A stretch of 64,000 nucleotides of DNA. It comes from a virus. Lineage: Duplodnaviria > Caudoviricetes. A program made the position numbers and the translations under genes. Each line of letters begins with the position of its first letter. Position 1 is the first letter of the stretch. Under the pieces are notes generated by a model that saw only the letters and a list, made by a program, of their open reading frames with translations, searched no databases and was not told the DNA's origin. The stretch spans positions 1 through 64,000 of IMG/VR virus record IMGVR_UViG_2915066250_000005; one strand, 5' to 3'. Below, one piece after another: positions 19,749 to 29,307 of the stretch.

Positions 19749-21680
19749 TTAGTCTTTCTTATAAAATTCACTTTCAAATCCATCTGCATCGAGAATTAGT
19801 CCAGGTGCCCAGCTAGGAACTACGGACATGATTTTATTTATTTCTTCAATGCTAGATGAATCACTTTCTATTACAACTTCGTCATGGATATGCATGACAA
19901 TATTAAATCCATTTTTCTCAAGCCTCATCATAGCCTCAGCTAAAATATCTCTGGCTATTGCTTGAACTATGTTTTCTACAAATTTACCGCCGTAAGATTC
20001 TATCTTGTCCCATTTATTTCCTACTACTATTCCTTCATAGACAATTGATTCTCCACCAAATCGATTAATCCCAATTTTTGCCTTTGGATAAGCAAGTCTT
20101 CTCTTTGAAGGAAGTTGTATAAAAAGAATGCCTTTCTCATAGCTAATAACTAGGCTCTTATATTCTTCTTTACTTCTAGTTTTTACAACTCTTTTTACGA
20201 CTGCATCTATGTCCCACCAAAGACTTACTATATTTGGATTAGCCTCTCGCCAGGAATCGACTATTGATTGAAGTTCATCTTCAGATAAACCCATTTCAAT
20301 ACCACCCATTGCTTTAAGAGCACCTAAGGCCCCTTGATAACCACAAGCTAAAGTCGCTATCTTTCCTTTTTGTCTAAGATGACCATTTACTCCATGCTTT
20401 TCAACTGGCACTCCAAACATCCTCGATGCTGTTCTGCAATAGATATCTTCTCCATTTTCAAAGGCATCTAGAACCCATTGTTCTCCTGCAAGCCATGCAA
20501 GGACACGAGCCTCTATTGCTGAAAAGTCTGAAATAATAAATCTGGTGCCTTCTTTTGGTATAAAGGCTGTTCTTATTAATTGGGATAAAATATCAGAGGG
20601 TGATTCATATAAAATTTCCATAGTTTCGTAATCTCTATTTTTTACAAGACTCCTAGCAAGGTCTAAGTCTTTGAGATTATTTCTTCTTAAATTTTGAACT
20701 TGAATAAGCCTTCCTGAATATCTTCCAGTTCTATTTGCTCCATAAAATTGGATCAGACCTCTTGCTCGATTGTCTTTTCCTTTTACATTTTTCATAGCAT
20801 CATATTTTCTAACTGAAGACTTAGATAATTCTTGTCTAAGTTCCAAGACTTCTTTAATATCGCCTTCAGCATTTATAAGAGCAGACTCTACATCTTTTTT
20901 AGCTAAGGAATCTATCTCTAAGCCTTTCTTATTAAGCCATTCTTTTAACTGCATGGGAGAATTTGGATTTTCAAGACCAGTTAGTTCTATGGCTCTGTCC
21001 ATATTTTCTTCTCGTAATATTTCATCAAATTTAATAGCTGAATCAACTAAAACTTCATCAATTAAAATCCCTCTGTCATTGATGTTTTGATCTATCCAGT
21101 AGTTTTCCCATTCTAATTGAGGTAATGGAAAGGCTGATAATTTTTTCTTTATAGCCATTTCTGTTTCAACATCTCGCTTGTTATATTCCTTAAAGGTAGA
21201 CCACTTATCTAAATCATGATGTGGTAGATTCCTTGTCCTCATTCCATTGGTCTTAGTTGGTTTGCAAGGAATGGAAAAATATCTAATAAGGGATTTTCCT
21301 TCTACCATTTTTTGTTTATCTAATTTCAAAACCTCTCCCACTTTTTCTAATGACAAAGGGAGACCAAGATAGGCTGACCAAATCATAGTGCAGTACCAAC
21401 CTTTAGGCTCTAAACGCTCTCCAAGATATCTAGACAAGCACACCCTTTCAAAGTTGGCATTAAAGGCCCACTTTTCTATACTTTCATCATCAAGTGCTGA
21501 TAATATTTCTCCAGGAATCATCTCCCCACTTGCCAAATCTATGACCTTAACTTCTTCATCATCAATAGAGTAGGCAAAGAGGAGGATTTCAAAATCCTCA
21601 CTCTCGACATATTTGTATACACCACTTTTGCCTAAATCAACTGAAGAATAGGTTTCAAGATCAATTGATATTTTCTTCAT
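19749..21680 (-). CDS. Family A phage DNA polymerase
   Basis: Exonuclease IDLETYS; GRYSG; DFSAIEAR; HIHDEVV. Confidence 0.93.
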   Translation of the reverse strand: MKKISIDLETYSSVDLGKSGVYKYVESEDFEILLFAYSIDDEEVKVIDLASGEMIPGEILSALDDESIEKWAFNANFERVCLSRYLGERLEPKGWYCTMIWSAYLGLPLSLEKVGEVLKLDKQKMVEGKSLIRYFSIPCKPTKTNGMRTRNLPHHDLDKWSTFKEYNKRDVETEMAIKKKLSAFPLPQLEWENYWIDQNINDRGILIDEVLVDSAIKFDEILREENMDRAIELTGLENPNSPMQLKEWLNKKGLEIDSLAKKDVESALINAEGDIKEVLELRQELSKSSVRKYDAMKNVKGKDNRARGLIQFYGANRTGRYSGRLIQVQNLRRNNLKDLDLARSLVKNRDYETMEILYESPSDILSQLIRTAFIPKEGTRFIISDFSAIEARVLAWLAGEQWVLDAFENGEDIYCRTASRMFGVPVEKHGVNGHLRQKGKIATLACGYQGALGALKAMGGIEMGLSEDELQSIVDSWREANPNIVSLWWDIDAVVKRVVKTRSKEEYKSLVISYEKGILFIQLPSKRRLAYPKAKIGINRFGGESIVYEGIVVGNKWDKIESYGGKFVENIVQAIARDILAEAMMRLEKNGFNIVMHIHDEVVIESDSSSIEEINKIMSVVPSWAPGLILDADGFESEFYKKD

Positions 21681-21874
21681 TTATATTTAATTTCGTCCAA
21701 TGATTGGATGCATTTATCAACAGTTCTTTGCGTTTCATCCAATTGTTTCTCTATATCTCTATAAATTTCCCTAATCCTCTTTTGTGTTTCATTAATTTGA
21801 GCCTGAACATAGCCTAACTTATACCAGTAGTAGGACCATAATCCCATCAAAATAGCTAAAATTATTTCTTTCAT
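21677..21874 (-). CDS. Small membrane-anchored protein
   Basis: N-terminal hydrophobic helix followed by a coiled coil. Confidence 0.65.
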   Translation of the reverse strand: MKEIILAILMGLWSYYWYKLGYVQAQINETQKRIREIYRDIEKQLDETQRTVDKCIQSLDEIKYK

Positions 21875-21885
21875 ATAAAATCCTC

Positions 21886-22473
21886 CTATGCTAAGAAATC
21901 TTCGTCATCATCATCCATTGCATCGAAGTCATCTGCTGCATTAGACCTGTTTCCTAGAGGTTGACCATCTCTTAGCTTTTGAATATTTCCTAGCCCAACC
22001 GCTACGCCCTTATTGCCATTTACATTGTAGGCATAGAAGTTAAGAGATACTCTTGCATAAACTCCTGAGTAGACTTCACTTCTATCAAGAATAGGTTCTA
22101 CGTTTCTATCTACAATTTGAGGTGCTGTCATAGAGTTGGCATTTAAGAAGTATGCATCTGCATAAGTCTCATCATCTTTTTCTGTATCACCATCTCTTAA
22201 TGGAAGTTTGATAGCTTTCTTATTTGGTTTCTTTCCATTAAATTTAGAAAGTCCTTCTTCAATTGCAGCCTCTACTGCTTTTTCAATTTTCTCGATGGTC
22301 TTTTGGTCGCTCTTTGGGATAATAACAGATACTGAGTATCTTTCTTTACCACCATTGATTGACTTTGGCTCCCAAACATTCGCATAGCTTAATCTAACTT
22401 CACCTGTAATTACTTTTGTTTTATTGATATTTGACATATTATTTACCTCCAAATTCTTCTTTAACATTGTCAA
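21886..22473 (-). CDS. DUF2815 ssDNA-binding protein
   Basis: RLSYANVWEPKSING...PLRDGD...GLGNIQK, acidic tail ending in FLA. Confidence 0.88.
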   Translation of the reverse strand: MTMLKKNLEVNNMSNINKTKVITGEVRLSYANVWEPKSINGGKERYSVSVIIPKSDQKTIEKIEKAVEAAIEEGLSKFNGKKPNKKAIKLPLRDGDTEKDDETYADAYFLNANSMTAPQIVDRNVEPILDRSEVYSGVYARVSLNFYAYNVNGNKGVAVGLGNIQKLRDGQPLGNRSNAADDFDAMDDDDEDFLA

Positions 22474-23548
22474 TTTTTACTTCTTCTCTCTTGTCTCTAA
22501 TGCTTACTAAAGTTAACTTCCCTTTTGGTTTTTCTAATAATTCTGTAATATTTTCATCAAAGACTTTCTTACCTAGTAGCTTAGTCATTGCTGTAATGCC
22601 AAGTAACTTTTCTTCAAAGGGATTGAATCCAAGTTCTTTTACTTTCTTAACTACTTCATCTTCATCTCGGTATTTTCTATTAGATCTGCCCTCAACCAGT
22701 TTTAGATCCTTCCATCTATGGCCCCTCATTGCTTTTTCTAAAGCATAGGTCTTGATATCTTTGACCCATTGTTCCAGTTCGTCTAATCTTGGTAGAATCT
22801 CTTCAATTTCATCATCAGATAATTCTGGTGGTATGGTAAATTCTTCTTGTGCTAGTTTTAGGTTCTCTTCTGCTCTTTTCCTACATTTGCTCTTTGCTTT
22901 GCAGAAAATGCACCATTCTCCACAAGAGAATTCTCCCTCGCCTTTATATGCTTTCTCAGCAATCTCTCGTACGGTTTCTCCCCACTTATAAAGTTCTATC
23001 TTTTTAATTTCATAAGTTGATATATTGCATCTTCTTGGTTGATAGATATGAAGAACTACTTTCTCGATATCATAAATTCCATCGAAGAGATTCAGAGCAC
23101 CAAGTCCATATAGCATTAGCTGAGTGTTTTCTTTTGCATCTACAAAAATATATCCGGTCTTTAAATCTACTATGTGGAGGTCATTATCACCTACAACTAC
23201 ACAGTCAGCAGTTCCAAATGACTCTTTAACATAGCCTGATAGGTCAAGTCTTTCTTCCACAAAGACGGCTGGGTTTTCGTACCTAATTATTACTTCAGTT
23301 ACATATGAGGCATATCCCTCAGTTAACTCATTCATTTCTTCATCATAAAAGTCCAAATCATCAGTAGGATCTTTGATATCTAAGCCTAATAACTTCTTTA
23401 GTTTATATTCTGCTAAGACATGAGCTGAGGTACCTTCAAGTGCATACGGACTAACCTCATCTTCACATTGTTGAGAAAGCCTAACGCTTGGTGGACAATG
23501 AATCCATCTATTAGAAGATGATGCTGATAGTATTGCGTGGTCGCCCAT
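22439..23548 (-). CDS. DUF2800 PD-(D/E)XK (Cas4-like) nuclease
   Basis: HAILSASSS.RW..C, GTADC, IVDLKTG, QLMLYG, CIFC...C. Confidence 0.88.
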   Translation of the reverse strand: MGDHAILSASSSNRWIHCPPSVRLSQQCEDEVSPYALEGTSAHVLAEYKLKKLLGLDIKDPTDDLDFYDEEMNELTEGYASYVTEVIIRYENPAVFVEERLDLSGYVKESFGTADCVVVGDNDLHIVDLKTGYIFVDAKENTQLMLYGLGALNLFDGIYDIEKVVLHIYQPRRCNISTYEIKKIELYKWGETVREIAEKAYKGEGEFSCGEWCIFCKAKSKCRKRAEENLKLAQEEFTIPPELSDDEIEEILPRLDELEQWVKDIKTYALEKAMRGHRWKDLKLVEGRSNRKYRDEDEVVKKVKELGFNPFEEKLLGITAMTKLLGKKVFDENITELLEKPKGKLTLVSIRDKREEVKIDNVKEEFGGK

Positions 23549-23847
23549 TAGAGTTCCTCTACGTCTGCTACCAAGTCTTTATACTTACTTGGATCAATCT
23601 CAGATAACTTTTTAGCTCCATACTTTTCTAGGAGTTCTCTTATCTTAGCTGTATGACCTAATCTTGATTTATTAGCTAGTATCTTTCTAACATCTTCAAT
23701 CTCATAAATCTTTTCGTTCTGATTTACTTTTTCTTCCTTTTTAGGAACTTCTTCATCACTTTCCATTGATGCAAGGAGTACACCTATACTAGATACAAGA
23801 TTCTCTGCATCTTCTTTGATTTCCATTAGTAGCTTTATTCTTGACAT
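23548..23847 (-). CDS. Conserved phage early protein (often labelled rrp5-like)
   Basis: EDVRKILANKSRLGHTAKIRELLEKYGAKKLS; counterpart at 44644-44982. Confidence 0.75.
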   Translation of the reverse strand: MSRIKLLMEIKEDAENLVSSIGVLLASMESDEEVPKKEEKVNQNEKIYEIEDVRKILANKSRLGHTAKIRELLEKYGAKKLSEIDPSKYKDLVADVEEL

Positions 23848-24004
23848 CTTTTTTATCCTCCATTTCTTTTAATAACTGTCTTGCTAATTTCCTCGCTACA
23901 ATTGATATGGCATATAAGCTTGTCGCCATTTCTTCTTTCTTTTCCATGAAGATTTCCTCCTTCCTTAGGTGATAGAGGAGAGAACTAAATATAAGATTTA
24001 GTTC

Positions 24005-24033
24005 TTAATCCCTTCACTAGCCCTAAGACAAAA
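24005..24033 (-). promoter_or_regulatory. Element-1 motif copy A (upstream of the early operon)
   Basis: TTTTGTCTTAGGGCTAGT-GAA-GGGATTAA; near-identical copy at 31449-31478. Confidence 0.6.
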
Positions 24034-24037
24034 TCGA

Positions 24038-24550
24038 CTATCTTGTTAGGTTATTTTTTAGAATTTCTTTATTTTTTTTAATACTCGTATTAATTTTCCA
24101 CACAGAAACCCCTAAAATTTCAGCTAATTGCCTTTGAGTTAAATCTGTGTGAAAAACTAATTTCATAAGTTTTCTATCAAAATCTGGAAGTTTTTCAATT
24201 TCCTCTGCCAATGCTTCCAACATCAGATGTTTAACAGCCATATTTTCAATTTCCGATTCATAAAAATGATTAATATTTTTTCTTTTATCTTCCTTTTTCA
24301 TTTTTTCTACTTCATGTAGAGGAATAATACTCACTCCATCTTCAGCCATTTCCTTAAACATTCTTTGGCGTCTTTTCTGATATTTACGTTCTTCTCGAAT
24401 TGCCTCTAAATAAGCTTCTTTACTAACTTCTTCTTTGTATACATAATAAGTTCCATCTTTTCTTCTGACTTTTATTAAGTCTTTTACATCCAAACCAAAA
24501 TCTTCTGCTGCCTCTTTTGTCATAAGTGTTTCTAACCATCGTTTTTCCAT
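24038..24550 (-). CDS. Sigma70 region-4-like regulator (probable start MEKRW at 24550)
   Basis: C-terminal LPDFDRKLMKL...TQRQLAEILGVSVWKINTSIK. Confidence 0.75.
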   Translation of the reverse strand: MEKRWLETLMTKEAAEDFGLDVKDLIKVRRKDGTYYVYKEEVSKEAYLEAIREERKYQKRRQRMFKEMAEDGVSIIPLHEVEKMKKEDKRKNINHFYESEIENMAVKHLMLEALAEEIEKLPDFDRKLMKLVFHTDLTQRQLAEILGVSVWKINTSIKKNKEILKNNLTR

Positions 24551-24551
24551 T

Positions 24552-24695
24552 AAAAAAACCTCTCTTTGCCATCTCGTTTGAGATGCAAAAGAGGCGTTCA
24601 ATTTGCTAGTCTTAGTTTTGTCCACGACAAATAACGGTAGCTGCATTGAAAGAGAAACTAATCTTTATCACTAGTTTCTATTCTTTTTGCATCTC
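24552..24695 (-). promoter_or_regulatory. Structured leader with terminator/antiterminator
   Basis: Terminator hairpin at 24559-24594 plus T7; segment 24682-24695 is complementary to the terminator's 5' arm. Confidence 0.6.
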
Positions 24696-24906
24696 CGTAT
24701 TCGTGGCCACTCATACTTTTGAGATTTAATATTTTCGTACCTTGCTGGTACACTTATATTTTTACACACTTCGGGCTTTGATAAATATATGTAAAATTAC
24801 TCATCACTTTAAAAAAAATAAATTGAAAAAATAAGAAAATTATGTGCTATAATATATTTAATGAGTGATTATTTCTAAATAATCAATTATTAAGGAGGAG
24901 TTAAAG

Positions 24907-26115
24907 ATGACCGAGGATTTATCTAGAGAATTTTTGACATATTTTACATTTGAAAATGACAAATGTATCTGCGAAATTGAAAAAGTAGCTGATAATAAAA
25001 CAAATCGTCTTGTCGAAAACTTAGTTGTAAAAAAAGTAAAAGAAAAAGATATTCCTGTGGCTTACTTTTATGGGGAAGGCTTAAAACTTTCTGATATAAA
25101 AGATAAATCTAAGAATAATATTCTTGGTGAATTTTTAGGCATAAAAAAAGACGATTTATACACTTATAAATCGTTCTTTGAAAAATATGGATTTTTATTT
25201 ACGCTAGATGACGATGATTTTTATAGCATAGATATCGATAAGGTTAACGACTTGAAAAATAATTTACTAGCCTTTGTTTTCCTTATGAATAATCAATTTG
25301 ATAATTATCTGTTTTATAAAGTGAATAGTGTTCAGGAATTGCTTGATGCTACCTTATATCTAATCTTTAAAGATGAGTCCGAATTTATAATAGGTGACAA
25401 AGAAGTATTTACTATTAAAAAAAGCAAAGTTAAAACAGTGATAGATGGCGCCAATTCACATAATGAAAGTTCACATAATATAAAACAAAAAATAGTAAAT
25501 GGACAAAAGATAGAGTATTTTGAGATTAAAGATTTATTGTCTAAAAACGGAATCAACGAAATAGATGTCGAAACATATAATGATATAAAACTAGGAAATT
25601 TCCCACAATGGTTTAAAAATTTATGTAGAGTCTATAAAAATAAAAGACAATTATTAGATGATCCAAAGTATAATATTGTGGTTGATTTTTTATTTCATTT
25701 TTCAACAGAATATCTCACATTTTCTCAAAGTGATATATCATTAGAGGGGACATTTGAAGATAACTTATATGAAGACATCACAAAGGATAGAAAACTGTTA
25801 AAAGCCTTAATGGAAGTATCTAAAATTCTTTTAGAAGATGAATTTGAAACAAATCTTTCCAGCGTAACACCGAAATTTAACATCAATGACATGAAACCCG
25901 ATTGGAAATTGCCATCTTTGTATACTGCTCTTTATTTTTCTTTATTTTATATGAATAGTAAAGAAAATGAATTGAGAAAATGTAAAAATGACAACTGTAA
26001 AGAGTTTTTCCAAGTTTCCAGAACGAACTCCAGAAAGATATATTGTTCTCTTGTGTGTTGTAATGCAGTTGCACAGAGAAATTATCAGAAAAAACAACTT
26101 CAAAAAAAGAAGTAA
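24907..26115 (+). CDS. CGNR zinc-finger domain protein
   Basis: C-terminal CKNDNCKEFF...RKIYCSLVCCNAVAQRNY; RBS AAGGAGG. Confidence 0.8.
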   Translation: MTEDLSREFLTYFTFENDKCICEIEKVADNKTNRLVENLVVKKVKEKDIPVAYFYGEGLKLSDIKDKSKNNILGEFLGIKKDDLYTYKSFFEKYGFLFTLDDDDFYSIDIDKVNDLKNNLLAFVFLMNNQFDNYLFYKVNSVQELLDATLYLIFKDESEFIIGDKEVFTIKKSKVKTVIDGANSHNESSHNIKQKIVNGQKIEYFEIKDLLSKNGINEIDVETYNDIKLGNFPQWFKNLCRVYKNKRQLLDDPKYNIVVDFLFHFSTEYLTFSQSDISLEGTFEDNLYEDITKDRKLLKALMEVSKILLEDEFETNLSSVTPKFNINDMKPDWKLPSLYTALYFSLFYMNSKENELRKCKNDNCKEFFQVSRTNSRKIYCSLVCCNAVAQRNYQKKQLQKKK

Positions 26116-26144
26116 GTTTATGCCGCTGCATTTACTTACTTCTT
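26107..26144. terminator. Bidirectional terminator between convergent genes
   Basis: AAGAAGTAAG/CTTACTTCTT inverted repeat overlapping both stop codons. Confidence 0.6.
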
Positions 26145-27434
26145 CTTATTTTCATCAATACTATTTTTAATCGCATTTGATAATTTAAAAATCTCTTTTC
26201 CACTAGGTCGAATGCTATTTTTTATTAACCACTTTATATCTATTAATATTCCTTGAACTCTTTGATATTTTTCTTTTCCGTCTTTCCAGTCAGAAACAGC
26301 CTCTCCTATCGAATAATAATTTTCAACTTTTTCCTCAAAGTTATATACATCCTCACAAGAATCATACGGCATTAAAAAAGCGTTATATACTTCCATACCG
26401 GCTTTTCTCTCTTCTTCAAATTTCTCATCAAAACTTACATACTCTCCATATGAGATTTGCTTATTAATAGAACTGGAATTTGGTAGGTCGGACGGGAATC
26501 TTGTTACACCATACTTGTAATATTTAGCATCCAAGATAAATACATCCCCAGATTCCTTCATAATGGTGTCCGGCTCCAGAGCTGCATTTTCATTATTTTT
26601 CCCAATTTTTAGGAGCCACTTTGTCCTTGGAAAATAATAATTTTTTTCTACATTTCCAAACGTAGCTTGAATCAACCTTTCCCAAATGTATTCGAAATTA
26701 TTTGTTCCAAAGTAAAATTGCTCGGGATCATCTATTGTGTTTTCAAAATTTAATATATCCAACATTGCTTGGAACAGTCTTTTATCTTTGTCAACATTGG
26801 TTCTTAATATTTTGTCACTAAGATATCTATTATACACCTGTGTGTTTTCAACAGGCTTAGGCTTTTTAGGTGATTGAAGTTTATATATCCAGCCTAATCT
26901 TATATAACTCTTATATACACAAAATTTATTTATTTCTGTTATCAAATCTTTGTCTGTTTCATTGTGCTGTTTCACTCTGTATTGTGGATACACTATTCCG
27001 TTTTCCGTCGGAATGGCATTCTTTGTTTCTAAAAGAACTGTTCTAGGCCAGTGAATTTGACCTGAAGTACCTCTTGTAAATTGTTCTTCTGTTATCTGAT
27101 AGTAACCATTGTTCAAATACTCCATGATTACAGTCATATATGCTTGAACAGGAAATCTTACTGTTTTTAATACTTGCTCCGGTGCTATCTGAGAAATTCT
27201 AGAACGTTCATCATTATATTCTTGTAATACAGAAACTAGTTCTAAAATTTCATCTCTTACGACATCTTCATTATCTGATATTTTATAGCCTATCGGAAAA
27301 TGAATAGATAAATTATGCTCACCATCAATATTTTCTGATTTAATTCCAACAAAAGTATCTCCTTCTCTGTTCGTTGCATTCCTACAATACTTAGTCAAAG
27401 GAATATCCGGATTAACATCTTGAAATCCACTCAT
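26136..27434 (-). CDS. LlaJI-family (McrC-like) restriction endonuclease subunit
   Basis: FEYIWE, LEPDTI...ILDAKYY, SSINKQISYG. Confidence 0.85.
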   Translation of the reverse strand: MSGFQDVNPDIPLTKYCRNATNREGDTFVGIKSENIDGEHNLSIHFPIGYKISDNEDVVRDEILELVSVLQEYNDERSRISQIAPEQVLKTVRFPVQAYMTVIMEYLNNGYYQITEEQFTRGTSGQIHWPRTVLLETKNAIPTENGIVYPQYRVKQHNETDKDLITEINKFCVYKSYIRLGWIYKLQSPKKPKPVENTQVYNRYLSDKILRTNVDKDKRLFQAMLDILNFENTIDDPEQFYFGTNNFEYIWERLIQATFGNVEKNYYFPRTKWLLKIGKNNENAALEPDTIMKESGDVFILDAKYYKYGVTRFPSDLPNSSSINKQISYGEYVSFDEKFEEERKAGMEVYNAFLMPYDSCEDVYNFEEKVENYYSIGEAVSDWKDGKEKYQRVQGILIDIKWLIKNSIRPSGKEIFKLSNAIKNSIDENKKK

Positions 27435-27438
27435 AAAA

Positions 27439-29307
27439 CTATTCTTCCGATTTTTCTTCAGAATCCGAATCAGTCAAATTTATCTGATTAATATTAACTT
27501 TGTTTCTCAGTTGTTCCTTAACTTCTGAAGTAAAAATATTAAACCTCTCAAACCCACTAAAATCTGCAAAATCATCTATTACTTTTTCAAGACTTCTGTA
27601 ACTAGGTTCAAACAACTTATTTCTTGCAAACTTAAAAGCATCATCCCATAAATATTTGATAACTTTTTCAGCAAATTTTGATTCATCTTTTGATTCCAAA
27701 ATGTCTCTGGTAATAAAATATGCACCTAATCTTTTATCTTCAGATGACATTGTTGATGCGTTATTTGCAAGAATAAAGTCGTTGATTGTGTTATTGAAAA
27801 TCTCCCACGTTACACCTGTATCTAAAATTTCAACTTTTGCATGCTCCGCTTTTGAAACATCGTTCTTTATTAATCTCATAACCCATCTTCTTTGAAAAGC
27901 AGTGTCAAGAGTAAATACATTCTGGTCAGCTGTATTCATAGTTGCCAATATTGATAGATTTGAAGGGATCGATACAGTATGTTCCGGGTCTCCATATACA
28001 ATTTCAGCTACATTATGGTTTTTTATGGAATAAGAACTTTCCCCGGATTTATTTCTATCCAATAGTTGAAATACATCTCCAAATATCGCGGGAGCATTAC
28101 CTCTATTGATTTCTTCTATAATTAGATAGAACATATCGCTAGGGTTCTTGTATGATTTTTCTACGATCCTTGTGAACGGACCAGGGGTGAATTCATAAGT
28201 TATTGTCTTGTCTTCCTTAATCGTAGGTAAAATTTGTCCAATAAAATCTGTATTCATGTAGTCAGGATGAAAAACTATTCTCTCTATCTTAGATTCATCG
28301 TTACAATATTCTTGTTCTATTGTATAACTTTTTCCAGAACCCGGAACTCCATATAATAGGATGTTTTCCCCACCTGAAAGCCTTTCTGTTTTTTCTAAGA
28401 TTGTACCATTTTGGCATTTATTACCTATTAGAAATTCTCTTAAATCAGTAAAATCTGTCGTAGACAATTTCAAAAAAGTTTCAACTCTTTTTTGGTAAGT
28501 GACGAATCTATCCTTAAGTTCAGGATTGACTGACACAGCACCACTATTATATTCCAAATAAGGATTCATCTTTTCATTTAGAGCAGACTTTAAGACTCTC
28601 AAGGGCCCCTTAGATTCACTATCTCCATTGATGTCTATTTTTTCATTGCCGTCCAATAATTTATTATAAATACTATTTTGATTAAAAATTATACTTTTAC
28701 CATTATCATTCAGCTTGTATATAGAACCTTCTGTAAAAACTTGTAAGGCAATTAGTAATGTGGTTTCATAATTTTGTTCGAAAGTCGCTGAATAACCTAA
28801 CCAGTCAATTAACACTTTAATAAATTCATCAAAGTTATTAGAAATAACACTATGTATTAAATCTAAATTTGAAGAAAAATAAATTTCTTTCGGGTATCTA
28901 TTTAATCCTGTTCTCTCAGCGCTGGATGGTTTTGCTTTATCAACAAAACTAAATTTGCCGAGTCTCCAAATAAGCTCAAAAGCAACAATTAGAGATTCCA
29001 TTTGGGAAGTATAAAGTTTATTTGAATTTATTAAGTATTCAAACTTGTCATCTATAATTTTAAAATCACTAACATTTTCATAAATAAAATTAATAAGATT
29101 ACTTTTTAGCTGAGCTGGGATTACTATTGACTTGTTTTGCTGTTCTGAATATTTCAACATGTCTGGTCTGTCATTGGATTCCCACAGCAAAATTAACAAA
29201 GCAATTGTAGATTTAACTTCTGGTAGTGAAGATTTTATACCTAATTTAAGATCTAAAGATTCATAAATTTCTAGGTTGTCTGGTCTAATCATTTTTCCTC
29301 TCCTCAA
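27439..29307 (-). CDS. McrB-like AAA+ restriction subunit
   Basis: GVPGSGKS, FHPDY, IIEEINRG, MNTAD, AFQRRW. Confidence 0.88.
   Translation of the reverse strand: MRRGKMIRPDNLEIYESLDLKLGIKSSLPEVKSTIALLILLWESNDRPDMLKYSEQQNKSIVIPAQLKSNLINFIYENVSDFKIIDDKFEYLINSNKLYTSQMESLIVAFELIWRLGKFSFVDKAKPSSAERTGLNRYPKEIYFSSNLDLIHSVISNNFDEFIKVLIDWLGYSATFEQNYETTLLIALQVFTEGSIYKLNDNGKSIIFNQNSIYNKLLDGNEKIDINGDSESKGPLRVLKSALNEKMNPYLEYNSGAVSVNPELKDRFVTYQKRVETFLKLSTTDFTDLREFLIGNKCQNGTILEKTERLSGGENILLYGVPGSGKSYTIEQEYCNDESKIERIVFHPDYMNTDFIGQILPTIKEDKTITYEFTPGPFTRIVEKSYKNPSDMFYLIIEEINRGNAPAIFGDVFQLLDRNKSGESSYSIKNHNVAEIVYGDPEHTVSIPSNLSILATMNTADQNVFTLDTAFQRRWVMRLIKNDVSKAEHAKVEILDTGVTWEIFNNTINDFILANNASTMSSEDKRLGAYFITRDILESKDESKFAEKVIKYLWDDAFKFARNKLFEPSYRSLEKVIDDFADFSGFERFNIFTSEVKEQLRNKVNINQINLTDSDSEEKSEE

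Noticed and set aside
22439-23548. Cas4-like nuclease suggesting CRISPR
   Set aside because: No repeat-spacer array or other cas genes were seen; DUF2800 is a routine phage recombination nuclease.
23789-23947. 52-codon ORF upstream of the rrp5-like gene
   Set aside because: It has an RBS and may be real, but it overlaps the next gene out of frame and shows no motif; left uncalled.
24700-24900. ATGAGT-like repeats as repressor operators in the divergent promoter region
   Set aside because: They are too short and degenerate in AT-rich DNA to support.
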